A stretch of DNA of 16,266 nucleotides, from the NCBI GenBank assembly GCA_036338695.1, contig JAYZBQ010000020.1, positions 1 to 16,266 of the forward strand, in the 5' to 3' direction. Both the position numbers and the translations under genes were made by a program. The notes below the pieces were generated by a model. The model was not told the origin of the DNA. It worked only from the letters and a program-made list of their open reading frames with translations, and did not search any database. This document shows positions 15,986 to 16,266 of this stretch, one piece after another. This DNA is from Myxococcota bacterium. Lineage in GTDB: Bacteria > Myxococcota > UBA4151. Each line of letters starts with the position of its first letter. The first letter of the stretch is position 1.

Positions 15986-15994
15986 TGGTATGAT
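15986..15994 (+). promoter_or_regulatory. Candidate extended -10 promoter (TGnTATGAT)
   Basis: TGGTATGAT lies in the pyrC/next-gene gap, 47 nt before ATG 16042; SD AAGGGAG at 16027-16033. Confidence 0.5.
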
Positions 15995-16041
15995 TCGCCA
16001 ATCGCTGCGCTCACCCTTCGGACTCCAAGGGAGCCAACGAC

Positions 16042-16266
16042 ATGATCAAGCCGACGCGCGCCGGTCGCCGACTCGCCAAGCGCCTTTTAAGCCGACCTCA
16101 ACCCGGACCGCATGAGGGCGCCGGACGGTTTACGCCGCCACCGCCACCTGCGGTGCCGGCAGCGGATGCCGAATCCGATCACGTCTGGGGCTTCGCAGAC
16201 ACCCGATTTACCGTGGCGCCCAACGGGAACGTCCTGCTCGAAGGCGATCGCTATGACCTCAGCGGC
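16042..16266 (+). CDS. Probable FAD-linked alkyl-dihydroxyacetonephosphate synthase (AGPS-like); partial, runs off right edge
   Basis: Manually translated: MIKPTRAGRRLAKRLLSRPQPGPHEGAGRFTPPPPPAVPAADAESDHVWGFADTRFTVAPNGNVLLEGDRYDLSG. The last 27 aa resemble the N-terminal WG..D..F.....G...L.G.RY.LSG block of animal AGPS as recalled from memory. Not in the ORF track. Confidence 0.7.
   Translation, partial: MIKPTRAGRRLAKRLLSRPQPGPHEGAGRFTPPPPPAVPAADAESDHVWGFADTRFTVAPNGNVLLEGDRYDLSG

Noticed and set aside
15976..15994. TTGACC plus TATGAT as a -35/-10 pair
   Set aside because: The spacer is only 7 bp; only the extended -10 reading is retained.
16063..16100. GRRLAKRLL as a Tat signal or peroxisomal PTS2-like motif
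   Set aside because: No hydrophobic region follows the RR, and the (H/Q)(L/A) positions of PTS2 are absent.
1..16266. CRISPR arrays, tRNA/rRNA, IS elements, prophage or defence genes
   Set aside because: No nucleotide-level repeat-spacer pattern, cloverleaf, transposase/integrase motif or obvious compositional shift seen; repeats are at protein level only.

Overview
High-GC, gene-dense bacterial chromosomal window with no mobile element, tRNA, rRNA or CRISPR array seen. Cys/Asp-rich MopE-type repeats, DAG-rich lipoprotein linkers and an alkyl-DHAP-synthase-like gene suggest a Myxococcota/deltaproteobacterial host (inference). Left to right: a secreted Cys/Asp repeat protein missing from the ORF track (- strand, runs off the left edge) coupled by an ATGA overlap to RNase E/G; an alanine/glycine:cation symporter with an extra exported domain; a lamin-tail-domain membrane protein coupled to a very small 8-strand beta-barrel; a short SerA-like dehydrogenase; an HExxH lipoprotein divergent from an atypical aldehyde dehydrogenase; a lipoprotein of seven tandem two-Cys lipocalin-like domains; pyrR-pyrB-pyrC; and the start of a probable alkyl-DHAP synthase. 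The best candidates for something undescribed are the seven-domain lipoprotein and its ALDH/HExxH neighbours, the lamin-tail/mini-barrel pair, and two structured leaders (rne and ALDH). Family calls rest on motifs recognised by eye; no searches were run.
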